From: Acidimicrobiaceae bacterium
GTDB lineage: Bacteria; Actinomycetota; Acidimicrobiia; Acidimicrobiales; Palsa-688
Direction of reading: 5' to 3'
Assembly (NCBI GenBank): GCA_003156595.1
Contig: PMHH01000109.1
Coordinates: 7,168-71,167, forward strand
DNA: 64,000 nucleotides
Position 1 is the stretch's first letter. Each line of letters begins with the position of its first letter. Both the position numbers and the translations under genes were made by a program. Below, piece after piece: positions 55,208 to 64,000 of this stretch. The notes below the pieces were generated by a model that had not been told where the DNA came from, made no database searches, and saw only the letters and a program-made list of their open reading frames with translations.

Positions 55208-56764
55208 ATGCTGACACATCGCGACATGCTCGCTCGCGGCGCGACCTCCTATCCCGACCGAATCGCCATCACCTCAGAAACCGGCGTCGATCTCACCTAT
55301 GACGGCCTGGAGAGAGCGACCAACTCCGTCGCCCAAGGGCTCTCGGAGGCTGGCCTGGGTCCCGGCCATCGCCTGGTCTGGCTCGACCGCAATTCTGCCG
55401 ACTACCTGGTCGCGTACTTCGCGACTGCGAAGCTCGGAATGACGATCACCCCTCTCAACGCTTGGCTGCGCGCCACCGAACTGGCGCCCCAGATTGGATT
55501 GATCCGCCCGGACGTGCTCGTGGCGGGTGCGGATTTCATTTCTCTCGCCGAGACCGCCGCCGAGGGGCTACTCCCCCAGCTGCGCCTGCATCTCGACCGG
55601 CCCGATGAGGCGGACCGCGCCGCATCAGGCCCGTGGCGGCCTTGGAGGGAGCTCCTGGGCGATTCGACCACGCGTCCCGACGTCGCGGTAGACGAGAACG
55701 ATGTCCATGAGATCGTCTTCACGAGCGGTACCACCGGCGAGGCCAAGGGCGTCATGCGGACCCAGCGGGCCCGCATCCTCGACAGCGCCTTTTCCGCGCT
55801 GGGATACGAGCTCGGGCGCAACGACCATCTGCTCTGGTTCTTGCCGCAGTTCCACATAGGCGGGGGGGCCGTCCCCAACCAGCTCCTCATCCAAGGCGGC
55901 CGCGTCAGCATTCTTCGGCAATTCGATCCGATCGAGATCGCGTCGGCACTGAAGACCGGCGTGACCTACATCGTCGGAGTCCCCGCCCACTATAACCTCC
56001 TCTTCGAGTCCGGCGCCCTCGATCAAGCGGACACTTCCGGCGTTCGCGGTTGCTATGTCGGCGGGAGCGTGGCCACCAACGTCCTATTCCAGGCCATCCG
56101 TGACCACTTCCCTACCGCAGACCTGGTCCACGGCTACGGCTCCAGCGAGTCGGGACCGCACTCGATGGCCCTTCGCGGCGAGGACTTCCTCCAGCATTTC
56201 GGCTCTCTTGGCCAACCGGTAGCCGGCACGGAAGCACGCGTGGTCAACACCAGCGGTGTGGACGCGGCCGTCGACGAGGTCGGCGAACTTTGGACCCGAT
56301 CGGATTCCACCATGGTCGGCTACCTCGACCGGCCCGAGCTCACGGCCTCCGTCTTGACTGCCGATGGGTGGCTCCGGACAGGTGACCTGGTCCGGCGAGC
56401 CGAGGACGGCTTCTTCTATCTCGTCGACCGAGCCAAGGACATCATCATCACCGGAGGCGAGAACGTCTATCCCCGAGAGATCGAGGACGTGATCGCGACG
56501 TATCCAGGCGTCGCCGAAGTGGCCGTGATCGGGATACCCGATCCGCTCTATGAAGAACGGGTGCTCGCTCTGGTTCGGTTCGCGGCGGGGACCGACCGCC
56601 CGGACCCGAAGCAGATAATCAGCTTCGTTCGAGCGCGGCTCGCCGGCTTCAAGACCCCCAAGGAGGTCCGCTACGTGGACGACTTTCCTCGTACCGGCGC
56701 CGGCAAGATCGCCAAACCGGCACTGCGGTCCTCGTTCGGATCGGTATTCGGGGACTCCACATGA
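55208..56764 (+). CDS. AMP-forming acyl-CoA synthetase / ligase
   Basis: The motifs are IVFTSGTTGEAKGV, GYGSSESG and TGDLVRR...DRAKDIIITGGENVYPREIE. Confidence 0.9.
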   Translation: MLTHRDMLARGATSYPDRIAITSETGVDLTYDGLERATNSVAQGLSEAGLGPGHRLVWLDRNSADYLVAYFATAKLGMTITPLNAWLRATELAPQIGLIRPDVLVAGADFISLAETAAEGLLPQLRLHLDRPDEADRAASGPWRPWRELLGDSTTRPDVAVDENDVHEIVFTSGTTGEAKGVMRTQRARILDSAFSALGYELGRNDHLLWFLPQFHIGGGAVPNQLLIQGGRVSILRQFDPIEIASALKTGVTYIVGVPAHYNLLFESGALDQADTSGVRGCYVGGSVATNVLFQAIRDHFPTADLVHGYGSSESGPHSMALRGEDFLQHFGSLGQPVAGTEARVVNTSGVDAAVDEVGELWTRSDSTMVGYLDRPELTASVLTADGWLRTGDLVRRAEDGFFYLVDRAKDIIITGGENVYPREIEDVIATYPGVAEVAVIGIPDPLYEERVLALVRFAAGTDRPDPKQIISFVRARLAGFKTPKEVRYVDDFPRTGAGKIAKPALRSSFGSVFGDST

Positions 56765-57966
56765 GCGGGCCGTACGACGGGCTGAAGGTGCTCGACTTCA
56801 CTCATGTGATCGCCGGGCCGTTCTGCACCCGCCTCCTAAGCGACATGGGAGCGGATGTCGTCAAGGTCGAATCCCCGTCCGGCGACATCATGCGCGAGCT
56901 CCCGATCATGTACGAGCCCGGCATGAGTACGGCGTTCGCCCAATACAACTGCGGCAAGCGGTCCATCGGACTCGACCTCAAGAAGCCCGAGGGCCTCGAT
57001 ACCGCCAAGCGACTCCTGGCCTGGGCCGATGTGGTCGCGGAGAATCTCCGGCCCGGAGCAATGGATCGCCTCGGGCTGGGATGGGACGAGATCCATCGGA
57101 TCAACCCGGCGGCGGTCCTGCTCTCCATCAGCCTGTTCGGGCGAGAGGGGCCCTATGCCGCCATATCGGGGCACGGCGCCACGGCAGAGGCGTATTCCGG
57201 TCTCATGTCGCTCACCGGGCAGGAAGGCGGCCCGCCTTCCCATTTCGGCACGCCGCTGGCCGACATGTCGGCGGGCGTGCACGGTTTGGCCGCCCTAGGG
57301 GCGGCGCTGTACCTGCGGTCTCGCACCGGCCTGGGGAGCCTGGTAGACGTGTCTTCGTTCGACTGCCTCTTCACCATGATCGACCAAGCGGTCGGGCAAG
57401 CCGAGTTCAGCGGGGGGACCCGCGAGTACGGCCGCTACGGGGTCAAGCATCCCCAGACCGTCCCATCCGGTGTGCTCGCCACCGGAGGTGGTGAGTACGT
57501 GACGTTTTCCGGCGTCGGAGATGCGGCGTGGGCCCGTCTGGCGGCAGCCATGGGCCGTCCCGAGCTCGCAGAGGATCCGCGCTTCGCGGTGATCGAGTCG
57601 CGCATCGCGAACCGTATCGAGCTGTACGCCCTGATCGACGAGTGGGGCGCCACCTTCCCCGATGCGGCCAGCCTGCTCCAGGTCCTGCACGATCAAGGCC
57701 TGCCCGGTGCTCGCATAAGAACAGTGGCCGAGAACCGGGGAGACCCGCACTTGCGCTTTCGGGGCACGCTCCAGCCGGTCAGCTTTGGCGAAGCCGGTAC
57801 CCAGCTGGTCCAGTGTGCTCCTTACTGGATATCCGGGACCGACATCGGTCCGGCCGGCGCCGGCCCCCCGCATGCGGGGGAGCACACCGATGCGGTGCTC
57901 CAAGAGTTATTGGGGCTACCACCGGACGAGATCGAGGCCTTGCGCCGCACCGGTGCCATCTTCTAG
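56761..57966 (+). CDS. Family III CoA-transferase (CaiB/BaiF type)
   Basis: The N-terminus is LKVLDFTHVIAGPFCTRLLSDMGADVVKVESP. An ATGA overlap links it to the upstream gene. Confidence 0.9.
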   Translation: MSGPYDGLKVLDFTHVIAGPFCTRLLSDMGADVVKVESPSGDIMRELPIMYEPGMSTAFAQYNCGKRSIGLDLKKPEGLDTAKRLLAWADVVAENLRPGAMDRLGLGWDEIHRINPAAVLLSISLFGREGPYAAISGHGATAEAYSGLMSLTGQEGGPPSHFGTPLADMSAGVHGLAALGAALYLRSRTGLGSLVDVSSFDCLFTMIDQAVGQAEFSGGTREYGRYGVKHPQTVPSGVLATGGGEYVTFSGVGDAAWARLAAAMGRPELAEDPRFAVIESRIANRIELYALIDEWGATFPDAASLLQVLHDQGLPGARIRTVAENRGDPHLRFRGTLQPVSFGEAGTQLVQCAPYWISGTDIGPAGAGPPHAGEHTDAVLQELLGLPPDEIEALRRTGAIF

Positions 57967-57990
57967 TCGACAACGTAATTGGAGGAAGTT

Positions 57991-58764
57991 ATGCAGGAGT
58001 TTGCCCACACGGTCAACGTCACCCAGGACGGGGCCGTTACCACGCTGCAGTTCGAGAGTGACCACCCCGCCAACGTCTTCACCCTGCCGCTGCTCGAAGA
58101 GCTGACACTTCAGATCGAGAAGCTCAGCACCGACGGTTCCTGCCGGGCGCTGATCATCAAGGGCCGCGACAAGATCTTCAGCGGCGGTGCGGACCTCACT
58201 TCCATTCAAGCCATGGATCCACACACCTACCGGACCTACGTCGAGGTCGAATACCACCTCTTCCGGCAGGTCGAGTTGCTGCCGTTCATCACAATCGCCT
58301 CCATCTCCGGGGCGTGCGTCGGCAATGGCGCCGAGCTCGCCATGGCATGCGACCTGCGCGTCGCCTCCGACCGGGCCAAGATCGGGTGGCCCGAGCTCAA
58401 CGTGGCCTTCGATGCTCCGGCTCAACGACTGGCTCGGTTCGTGGGAATCGGCCGGGCGAAGGAAATCATCTTCTCGGCTCGACTCCTCCGAGCGGACGAG
58501 GCCCACGCCTTGGGGCTTCTCACCACCGTGGTGACACCTGACGAGCTGGCCGATGCCACCCGCGAGGCCGCCACGCTGTACGCGTCCCGGCCACCCATCG
58601 GTGTTCGCCTTACGAAGGAGAACATCGAACGGGCCTACCCGTTTCCGATGGGCAATGCCTCCCTCGAGATCGATGCCGCGGCACAGGCATTCGCCACCGC
58701 CGACTTCCAAGAAGGTGCGGATGCCGTGCTAAACCGCCGCGATCCGGTCTTCACGGGTCGATGA
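57991..58764 (+). CDS. Enoyl-CoA hydratase/isomerase (crotonase) family protein
   Basis: An ATG at 57991 follows GGAGGA. The motifs are FSGGADL and GACVGNGAELAMACDLRV. Confidence 0.9.
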   Translation: MQEFAHTVNVTQDGAVTTLQFESDHPANVFTLPLLEELTLQIEKLSTDGSCRALIIKGRDKIFSGGADLTSIQAMDPHTYRTYVEVEYHLFRQVELLPFITIASISGACVGNGAELAMACDLRVASDRAKIGWPELNVAFDAPAQRLARFVGIGRAKEIIFSARLLRADEAHALGLLTTVVTPDELADATREAATLYASRPPIGVRLTKENIERAYPFPMGNASLEIDAAAQAFATADFQEGADAVLNRRDPVFTGR

Positions 58765-59444
58765 CGGCATACGTCCGTTACCGGTCCGAGGACGGCATCG
58801 CCACGATCACCCTCGACCGGCCGGACAAGCTGAATGCCCTCAATCGACAGATGGCGGTCGAGTTGGAGGAGGCCTGGGTCCGCTTCAACGGCAGCGACGA
58901 CCGGGTCGCGGTCCTCAACGGCGAGGGGCGCTCATTTACCGCGGGAGCAGATCTCAAGGACATGCCAACCGAGGGCTACGGCTACGTGCCCGGGATCGGC
59001 GTTTCTGTGGCCAAACCCATCATTTGCGCGGTGCAAGGCTGGTGTGTCGGCGTAGGGATGATCCTGGTCATGCAGGCTGACCTGTGCGTCGCCGGCACCG
59101 CCGCGCAGTTTCTCTATCCCGAGGCGAAGCTCGGCCTAGGGCGCGGACTGATCGCCAGCCTGGCGACCCGTCTGCCGCCGAAGGTCGCGGCCGAGATCAT
59201 GCTCTTGGGCGAGCCGGTGTCATCGGCGCGGCTCGAGACCCACGGCCTGGTCAATGCGGTCGTCCCGGACGACGATGTGACCACCCGGGCCCGGGCCATG
59301 GCCGAGGTCCTCGCCGGCCGGGAATCGGTGATCAACGAGTTCTACAAGTACAGCCTGGCCTGGGTCGTCCCGAAAGGTCCGGGGGAGACTGCCGAACACT
59401 TCCGCTGGCGCTCGAACCAGCTACCGGGCCACCGCACCCCGTGA
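58761..59444 (+). CDS. Crotonase-family protein (shorter paralogue)
   Basis: The motifs are ITLDRPDKLNAL, FTAGADLKDM and GWCVGVGMILVMQADLCV. Confidence 0.85.
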   Translation: MTAYVRYRSEDGIATITLDRPDKLNALNRQMAVELEEAWVRFNGSDDRVAVLNGEGRSFTAGADLKDMPTEGYGYVPGIGVSVAKPIICAVQGWCVGVGMILVMQADLCVAGTAAQFLYPEAKLGLGRGLIASLATRLPPKVAAEIMLLGEPVSSARLETHGLVNAVVPDDDVTTRARAMAEVLAGRESVINEFYKYSLAWVVPKGPGETAEHFRWRSNQLPGHRTP

Positions 59445-62400
59445 CGCAAACAGCCGCCCGGGCACCAGAGACGCCAGACGCGTCCCCGTTGGACGAACCT
59501 GCTCGTCTGCTGAGTGGGATAGACGCCATCGTGCACATTCCGTTCGAGCAACAACGGCTCGACCGGGAGGCGGGTCTTCGCACCACTTCGCTGTTCTCGG
59601 GATATCCCGGGTCCCCGCTCGGCGGCGTCGACTTGGCCTTGGAACGCCTGAGCGACGCCGAGGACGTCCTGGTCCACGTCCCCGCGGTCAACGAGGAGCT
59701 GGCCGCCGCCGCGGTCTGGGGTTCGCAACTGCCGAGGATGATTGATCGCCGGCGCCTCGATGGAGTCGTGGGCTTCTGGTACGGCAAGTCCCCGGGCGCC
59801 GATCGATCGGGGGACGTGTTCCGTCACGCCAACTTCATGGGCACCTCGGCCAACGGTGGAGCAGTTGCCATCGTGGGCGACGATCCCTCCGCCAAGTCAT
59901 CGACACTTCCTAATGACTCCCAGCCTCTTCTGGCCGGTTTGCAGATGCCGATCCTGGCGCCGGCGACCGTCGGAGAGGTGCTCGAGTTCGGCCTGCACGC
60001 GGTGGCGTTGTCACGTTTTTGTGGGCTGTGGGTTGGGCTCAAGGTCGTCACCGACCTGGCCGACGGCTTTGCTGCGGTCCGAGTCGCCGACCACGTGCCG
60101 AAGAGGATCGTGCCGGAGCTGGTAGTCGACGGCGAGCCGTGGCACTTTGTCCAGCCCCCGTCGCTGAGCAACGTCGTCAGCGTCGTCGAGGAGGGCAGCA
60201 TCCATCTTCACCGCCTGCCCGCGGCGCAGCTGTACTGCCGGAGCAACGGCCTCAACCGCATCGTCGAGCCCGCTCCCGAGGCGCGCATCGGCATCCTCGC
60301 TGTCGGCCACGCCTACGTACCCGTCGCCCAGGCGCTCGTAGACTTGGGCAACCCTCCGGGAGTGCGTGTGCTCAAGGTCGGGATGCCCTTTCCGCTGGAG
60401 CCGACGGTGATTCGCGCCTTCGCCGAAGGACTTGACGAGATTCTCGTCATCGAGGAGAAGCGACCGTTCGTCGAGATCGCCGTTCGCGACATCCTCTACC
60501 GCGGCCCTCACCAACCCGACGTGGTGGGCAAGCTTGACGGCGATGGCATGACAGTGATCCCCCCGGACGGCGAGTTGACCGCAGATCGTCTTCGGCCTGT
60601 GCTCGAGCACCGACTTCGGTCATTGCTACCCGAACGTCCTCCGTCTGAGGGTCGCCGCGTCCTGCCGGTCACGGCCGCGACCTCGGACCTACCACTGCCT
60701 GCCCGGCCTCCGGCGTACTGCAGCGGATGCCCGCACAACCGGTCGACGACGGTACCTGAAGGGGTGGTGGTCGGCGGGGGCGTCGGGTGCCACTCCATCG
60801 TCTATCTCGAGGACCGCCACCGGGACGTGGACATGTTGCCGTTGACGCCGATGGGCGCCGAGGGCGCGCTCTGGCTGGGCGCCGCTCCCTTCGCCAAGAG
60901 CGGCCACCTGTTGCAGAACCTCGGCGACGGGACGTTCAGCCACTCCGGCAGCCTGGCGGTGCGGGCTTGTGTCGCGGCCGGCGTCAACATCACCTTCAAG
61001 GTGCTGTACAACTCGGCGGTCGCCATGACCGGCGGCCAAGACGTCGCCGGTTCCACACCCGTCCCCGACCTCACCCGGGAGTTGGAGGCAATGGGGGTAA
61101 TGCGGACGATCGTGTGCGCCGACGACCCCACCAAGTATGGTCGTCACCCCCGCTGGGCGGCGGATGTCAGCGTCTGGTCTCGCGACCGCCTCCGCGAGGC
61201 TGAGACGGCCCTGGCGGCCACGAGCGGAGTCACCGTGCTGGTATACGACCAGCGGTGCGCCGCCGAGGCCCGCCGCTTGTGGCGAAACGGGCGGCTCGAG
61301 GAACCTCGGACCCGGGTCGTCATCAACGAGGCGGTCTGTGAGGGATGCGGGGACTGCCAGGTCAAAAGCAACTGCCTGTCCGTCCGGCCTGTCGAAACCG
61401 AACTGGGCCGCAAGACGAAGATCCACCAACCATCGTGCAACCATGACCTCAGCTGTCTCGACGGCGATTGCCCTTCGTTCGTAACGGTACAGACCGGAAC
61501 GAGACCGGCCTCCAGGGCCTTACCGGCGCCGCCCGACGACCTTCCATATCCGGCTGAGGCCCTGGCGCCGACGCAGTTCGCGGTGTATCTCGTCGGCATC
61601 GGCGGGGCTGGCGTCGTCACCGCCAACCGCCTGCTCGCTGACGTCGCAACCCGTGAGGGCTGGGCGGTGGCCGGACTGGATCAGACCGGACTGAGCCAGA
61701 AGGCCGGAACCGTCACCTCACATCTGCGCTTGTCGCGTGGTGCCGAGCCGGCGGCCAACGTCGTGGGGGCCGCTGCGTGCGACGTCTTCTTCGCTTTCGA
61801 CGCCCTGGCAGCCGTCCAGCCCAAGCACCTGGCGCGGATCGAGCGCAGCCGAACATCCGTCGTCGTCAACGCCGGGCTCGTTCCCACCGCCTCGATGATC
61901 GCTTCTGGAGGTGATGGCCTGCCCGAGGTCGAACCGATCGTCAGCCGGCTCGAGAACGCCGCGGCCACGGTGTTACGCTGCGATGCCGACGCCGCCACCC
62001 AGGCCCTTGTCGGCGACGACATGCCGGCCAACGTCTTCGCCATAGGCGCCGCGTTCCAAGCGGGCCTCCTGCCCTTCTCGGCAGCCACCTTCGAAGCGGC
62101 CATCCTGGAGGGGGTCCCGTCGCCGGCCCGCACCCTGAGCGCATTTCGATGGGGGCGCGCCTCGATCAGCCGGCCCGACCTACTCCACGCCGCCCTATCA
62201 CCTCGACCGGATTCGACACGACGGTCGTCGTCGCCAGCAACTGAGGCGGCCGCCCGTGCCCTCCTTCGCCAGACACCGCTCGCCGGACCAACGCTCGCGG
62301 CCAGCGCATGGCGCGTGGGCGATCTCATCGATTACCAAGACGCCAGGGTCGCCCAACGGTACCTACGTATGGTCGAGCAGGGGTGGGACGCCGAGCGGCG

Positions 62401-62914
62401 TGTCGCCGGAGACCACACCGAGCTGTCCGAAGCGTTGGCCTTCGGCTTCTACAAGCTGCTGGCCTACAAGGACGAGTACGAAGTAGCCCGACTGCACCTC
62501 GACACCAAGTTCGATGCAGAGATCAAGACCCAGCTGGGAGGCAGCGATCGACGCTACCTGCTTCACCCACCCATGCTGCGGGCCTTGGGCTGGCAGAAGA
62601 AGGTGGCGTTTCCCCAGGGGCTGGCCCTGCCCATGTTCCATGCGCTTCATGCGGGGCGCCGGCTCCGGGGCACGGGGTTCGACCCGTTCGGCTACACCGC
62701 CATACGCCGCCTGGAACGTGCCCTTGTGGATGAGTACGCAGGTTGGATGCACGAGGTCCTACCAACCCTCGAGTCCGACACGTACGACCAGGCCGTCGAG
62801 CTGGCCCGCCTACCCGACATGGTGCGGGGTTACGAGGGCATAAAGGCTCGCTCCGTGGAGAAATACCACGAACGGGCGGCTGAGGTTCTGCAACAGCTCC
62901 GGGCGGCGCCATGA
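59441..62914 (+). CDS. Indolepyruvate:ferredoxin oxidoreductase-family fused alpha/beta protein (2-oxoacid:ferredoxin oxidoreductase)
   Basis: A GTGA overlap marks the start. The motifs are FSGYPGSPLGG, the TPP motif GDGTFSHSG, and the Fe-S cluster motif CEGCGDCQVKSNC. The protein is about 1157 aa. Confidence 0.85.
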   Translation: MTQTAARAPETPDASPLDEPARLLSGIDAIVHIPFEQQRLDREAGLRTTSLFSGYPGSPLGGVDLALERLSDAEDVLVHVPAVNEELAAAAVWGSQLPRMIDRRRLDGVVGFWYGKSPGADRSGDVFRHANFMGTSANGGAVAIVGDDPSAKSSTLPNDSQPLLAGLQMPILAPATVGEVLEFGLHAVALSRFCGLWVGLKVVTDLADGFAAVRVADHVPKRIVPELVVDGEPWHFVQPPSLSNVVSVVEEGSIHLHRLPAAQLYCRSNGLNRIVEPAPEARIGILAVGHAYVPVAQALVDLGNPPGVRVLKVGMPFPLEPTVIRAFAEGLDEILVIEEKRPFVEIAVRDILYRGPHQPDVVGKLDGDGMTVIPPDGELTADRLRPVLEHRLRSLLPERPPSEGRRVLPVTAATSDLPLPARPPAYCSGCPHNRSTTVPEGVVVGGGVGCHSIVYLEDRHRDVDMLPLTPMGAEGALWLGAAPFAKSGHLLQNLGDGTFSHSGSLAVRACVAAGVNITFKVLYNSAVAMTGGQDVAGSTPVPDLTRELEAMGVMRTIVCADDPTKYGRHPRWAADVSVWSRDRLREAETALAATSGVTVLVYDQRCAAEARRLWRNGRLEEPRTRVVINEAVCEGCGDCQVKSNCLSVRPVETELGRKTKIHQPSCNHDLSCLDGDCPSFVTVQTGTRPASRALPAPPDDLPYPAEALAPTQFAVYLVGIGGAGVVTANRLLADVATREGWAVAGLDQTGLSQKAGTVTSHLRLSRGAEPAANVVGAAACDVFFAFDALAAVQPKHLARIERSRTSVVVNAGLVPTASMIASGGDGLPEVEPIVSRLENAAATVLRCDADAATQALVGDDMPANVFAIGAAFQAGLLPFSAATFEAAILEGVPSPARTLSAFRWGRASISRPDLLHAALSPRPDSTRRSSSPATEAAARALLRQTPLAGPTLAASAWRVGDLIDYQDARVAQRYLRMVEQGWDAERRVAGDHTELSEALAFGFYKLLAYKDEYEVARLHLDTKFDAEIKTQLGGSDRRYLLHPPMLRALGWQKKVAFPQGLALPMFHALHAGRRLRGTGFDPFGYTAIRRLERALVDEYAGWMHEVLPTLESDTYDQAVELARLPDMVRGYEGIKARSVEKYHERAAEVLQQLRAAP

Positions 62915-63951
62915 CGCTGGCCTACCGCCCGCTCGGTCACTCCGGCCTGCAAGTATCGGAGCTCGCGCTCGGCACCGTGACGTTCGGGAGGGAGGCCAGC
63001 GAGGCGGACAGCCGGCTCATTCTCGACCGGTTCCTCGACGCCGGCGGCAACCTGGTCGACACCGCGAATGTGTACGGCGTCTCCGAGGACATCCTCGGCC
63101 GGGTGCTCCGAGGACGGCGGAGCCGGGTCCTGCTAGCGACGAAGGTCGGCCAGCCGGTGGGAGGCCCCAATGGGGAAGGCGTGTCGCGTCGACACATCCA
63201 CGAGGCGATCGACTCATCGCTGCGGCGTCTCGACACGGACTGGATCGATCTGTACCACATCCACTGTTGGGATCCGGCCACCCCACTGGAAGAGACGCTC
63301 TCGACGCTCAACGATCTGGTCCGAACCGGCAAGGTTCGTTATCTCGGGGTGAGCAACTTCGCGGGTTGGCAGCTCGCCAAGGCCATTGGGGTCGCGGCCC
63401 GCGCCGGATGGGAGCCAATCGTCTCGCTCACCCCGCAGTACTCGCTCGTCGAGCGCGGCGTCGAGCGGGAGTTGTTGCCGGCCTGCCGGTCCGAAGGCGT
63501 CGCGGTGCTGCCGTGGAGCCCCCTTGGCGGTGGGATCCTCACCGGGAAGTACGGCCCGGGCCCGGATCTGCCGGCGGACACCCGCGCTACGGGTTGGACC
63601 AACAACACCGCATCAATGCTGCGGCGGTTGCAGGACGAGAGAAATCATGTCATCGCTGACGTGGTGAAGCAGGTCGCGGGAGACACTGGTCATTCGCCCG
63701 CCCAAGTCGCCCTCAATTGGCTGCTGCACCGTGACGGCGTAACGGCCCCGATCCTCGGGGCTCGCACGGTGGCACAACTCGAGGACAACCTGGGCGCCGC
63801 CGGGTGGTCGCTCGACCCCGAGCACGTCACCTCGCTCGACGACGCCAGCCAGATTGCTCTGGGATACCCCTACGACTGGGATGCCAGTTACGGGATACGC
63901 CAGGGTTCCAAGCCCGACCGCGCCTTCGAACCAGAACGGACCGCCCCGTGA
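62911..63951 (+). CDS. Aldo/keto reductase
   Basis: The motifs are LGTVTFG, GGNLVDTANVYG, DLYHIH and YLGVSNF. Confidence 0.9.
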   Translation: MTLAYRPLGHSGLQVSELALGTVTFGREASEADSRLILDRFLDAGGNLVDTANVYGVSEDILGRVLRGRRSRVLLATKVGQPVGGPNGEGVSRRHIHEAIDSSLRRLDTDWIDLYHIHCWDPATPLEETLSTLNDLVRTGKVRYLGVSNFAGWQLAKAIGVAARAGWEPIVSLTPQYSLVERGVERELLPACRSEGVAVLPWSPLGGGILTGKYGPGPDLPADTRATGWTNNTASMLRRLQDERNHVIADVVKQVAGDTGHSPAQVALNWLLHRDGVTAPILGARTVAQLEDNLGAAGWSLDPEHVTSLDDASQIALGYPYDWDASYGIRQGSKPDRAFEPERTAP

Positions 63952-64000
63952 AAATCACCGACGTCAAGCTCACGGTGTTCGATCGGCCGATTGGCGGAGA
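63948..64000 (+). CDS. First 17 codons of a further coupled gene, truncated by the window edge
   Basis: A GTGA overlap links it to the AKR stop. My translation is VKITDVKLTVFDRPIGG. The piece is too short to assign. Confidence 0.3.
   Translation, partial: MKITDVKLTVFDRPIGG

Noticed and set aside
1-64000. A search by eye for rRNA, tRNA, CRISPR arrays, IS elements, transposases, integrases and intrinsic terminators.
   Set aside because: I found no spaced identical direct repeats typical of CRISPR arrays. I saw no transposase (DDE) or integrase-like translations in the ORF track. No convincing GC-stem plus T-tract hairpin follows any operon end. Small RNAs cannot be excluded without covariance-model searches.

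Overview
The window looks like a high-GC, Actinomycetota-like chromosomal segment: there are many GTG/TTG starts, 1-4 nt start/stop overlaps, an LAxTG sorting signal and a DUF4012 gene. All calls rest on reading the supplied translations and the DNA by eye, with no database search. From left to right I see six blocks. (1) 1-3.5 kb holds a duplicated-module lipoprotein, an OmpR-type response regulator with its histidine kinase, and a PAP2-like membrane protein. (2) 3.6-7.0 kb is one very large secreted repeat protein: 14 Cys-pair repeats, an Ig-like domain and 6 propeller-like repeats. It is broken by two frameshifts that I can pin to single bases. (3) 7-21.5 kb is a CoA-dependent catabolic cluster. 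It has a flavin reductase, SDRs, an ALDH, a KstD-like flavoprotein, a TetR regulator, a CaiB-type CoA-transferase, a thiolase-like/DUF35 pair, a VOC protein and a Liv-type ABC importer whose two permeases and one ATPase are fused. (4) 21.55-25.9 kb is a small toxin-antitoxin and nuclease-remnant island. A ParD-like/zeta pair plus a decayed MazF sit between 30-bp direct repeats that duplicate the 3' end of the neighbouring gene. Further right are an RHH protein, an internally deleted MazF and a truncated Uma2 nuclease. (5) 25.9-43.5 kb is a Wzx/Wzy-type surface-polysaccharide locus. It encodes a DUF4012 protein, an LAxTG protein, a BY tyrosine autokinase, Wzy- and Wzx-like proteins, two GT4 enzymes, an epimerase, a priming phosphoglycosyltransferase and four SAM methyltransferases, and its central part is visibly lower in GC. 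(6) 43.5-64 kb is a second catabolic regulon around a TetR gene. The divergent promoter carries three phased TTGACGTCAA palindromes. One arm encodes LLM, ACAD, enolase-superfamily, VOC and APH-kinase genes. The other encodes a Liv-type ABC importer, an acyl-CoA synthetase, a CoA-transferase, two crotonases, an IOR-like 2-oxoacid oxidoreductase and an AKR. I found no rRNA, tRNA, CRISPR array, transposase or integrase. I could not identify a clearly new multi-gene system with confidence. The most unusual items are the repeat-flanked TA cassette, the uncharacterised Cys-pair repeat protein, the methyltransferase-rich low-GC glycan locus and the kinase+ACAD operon.
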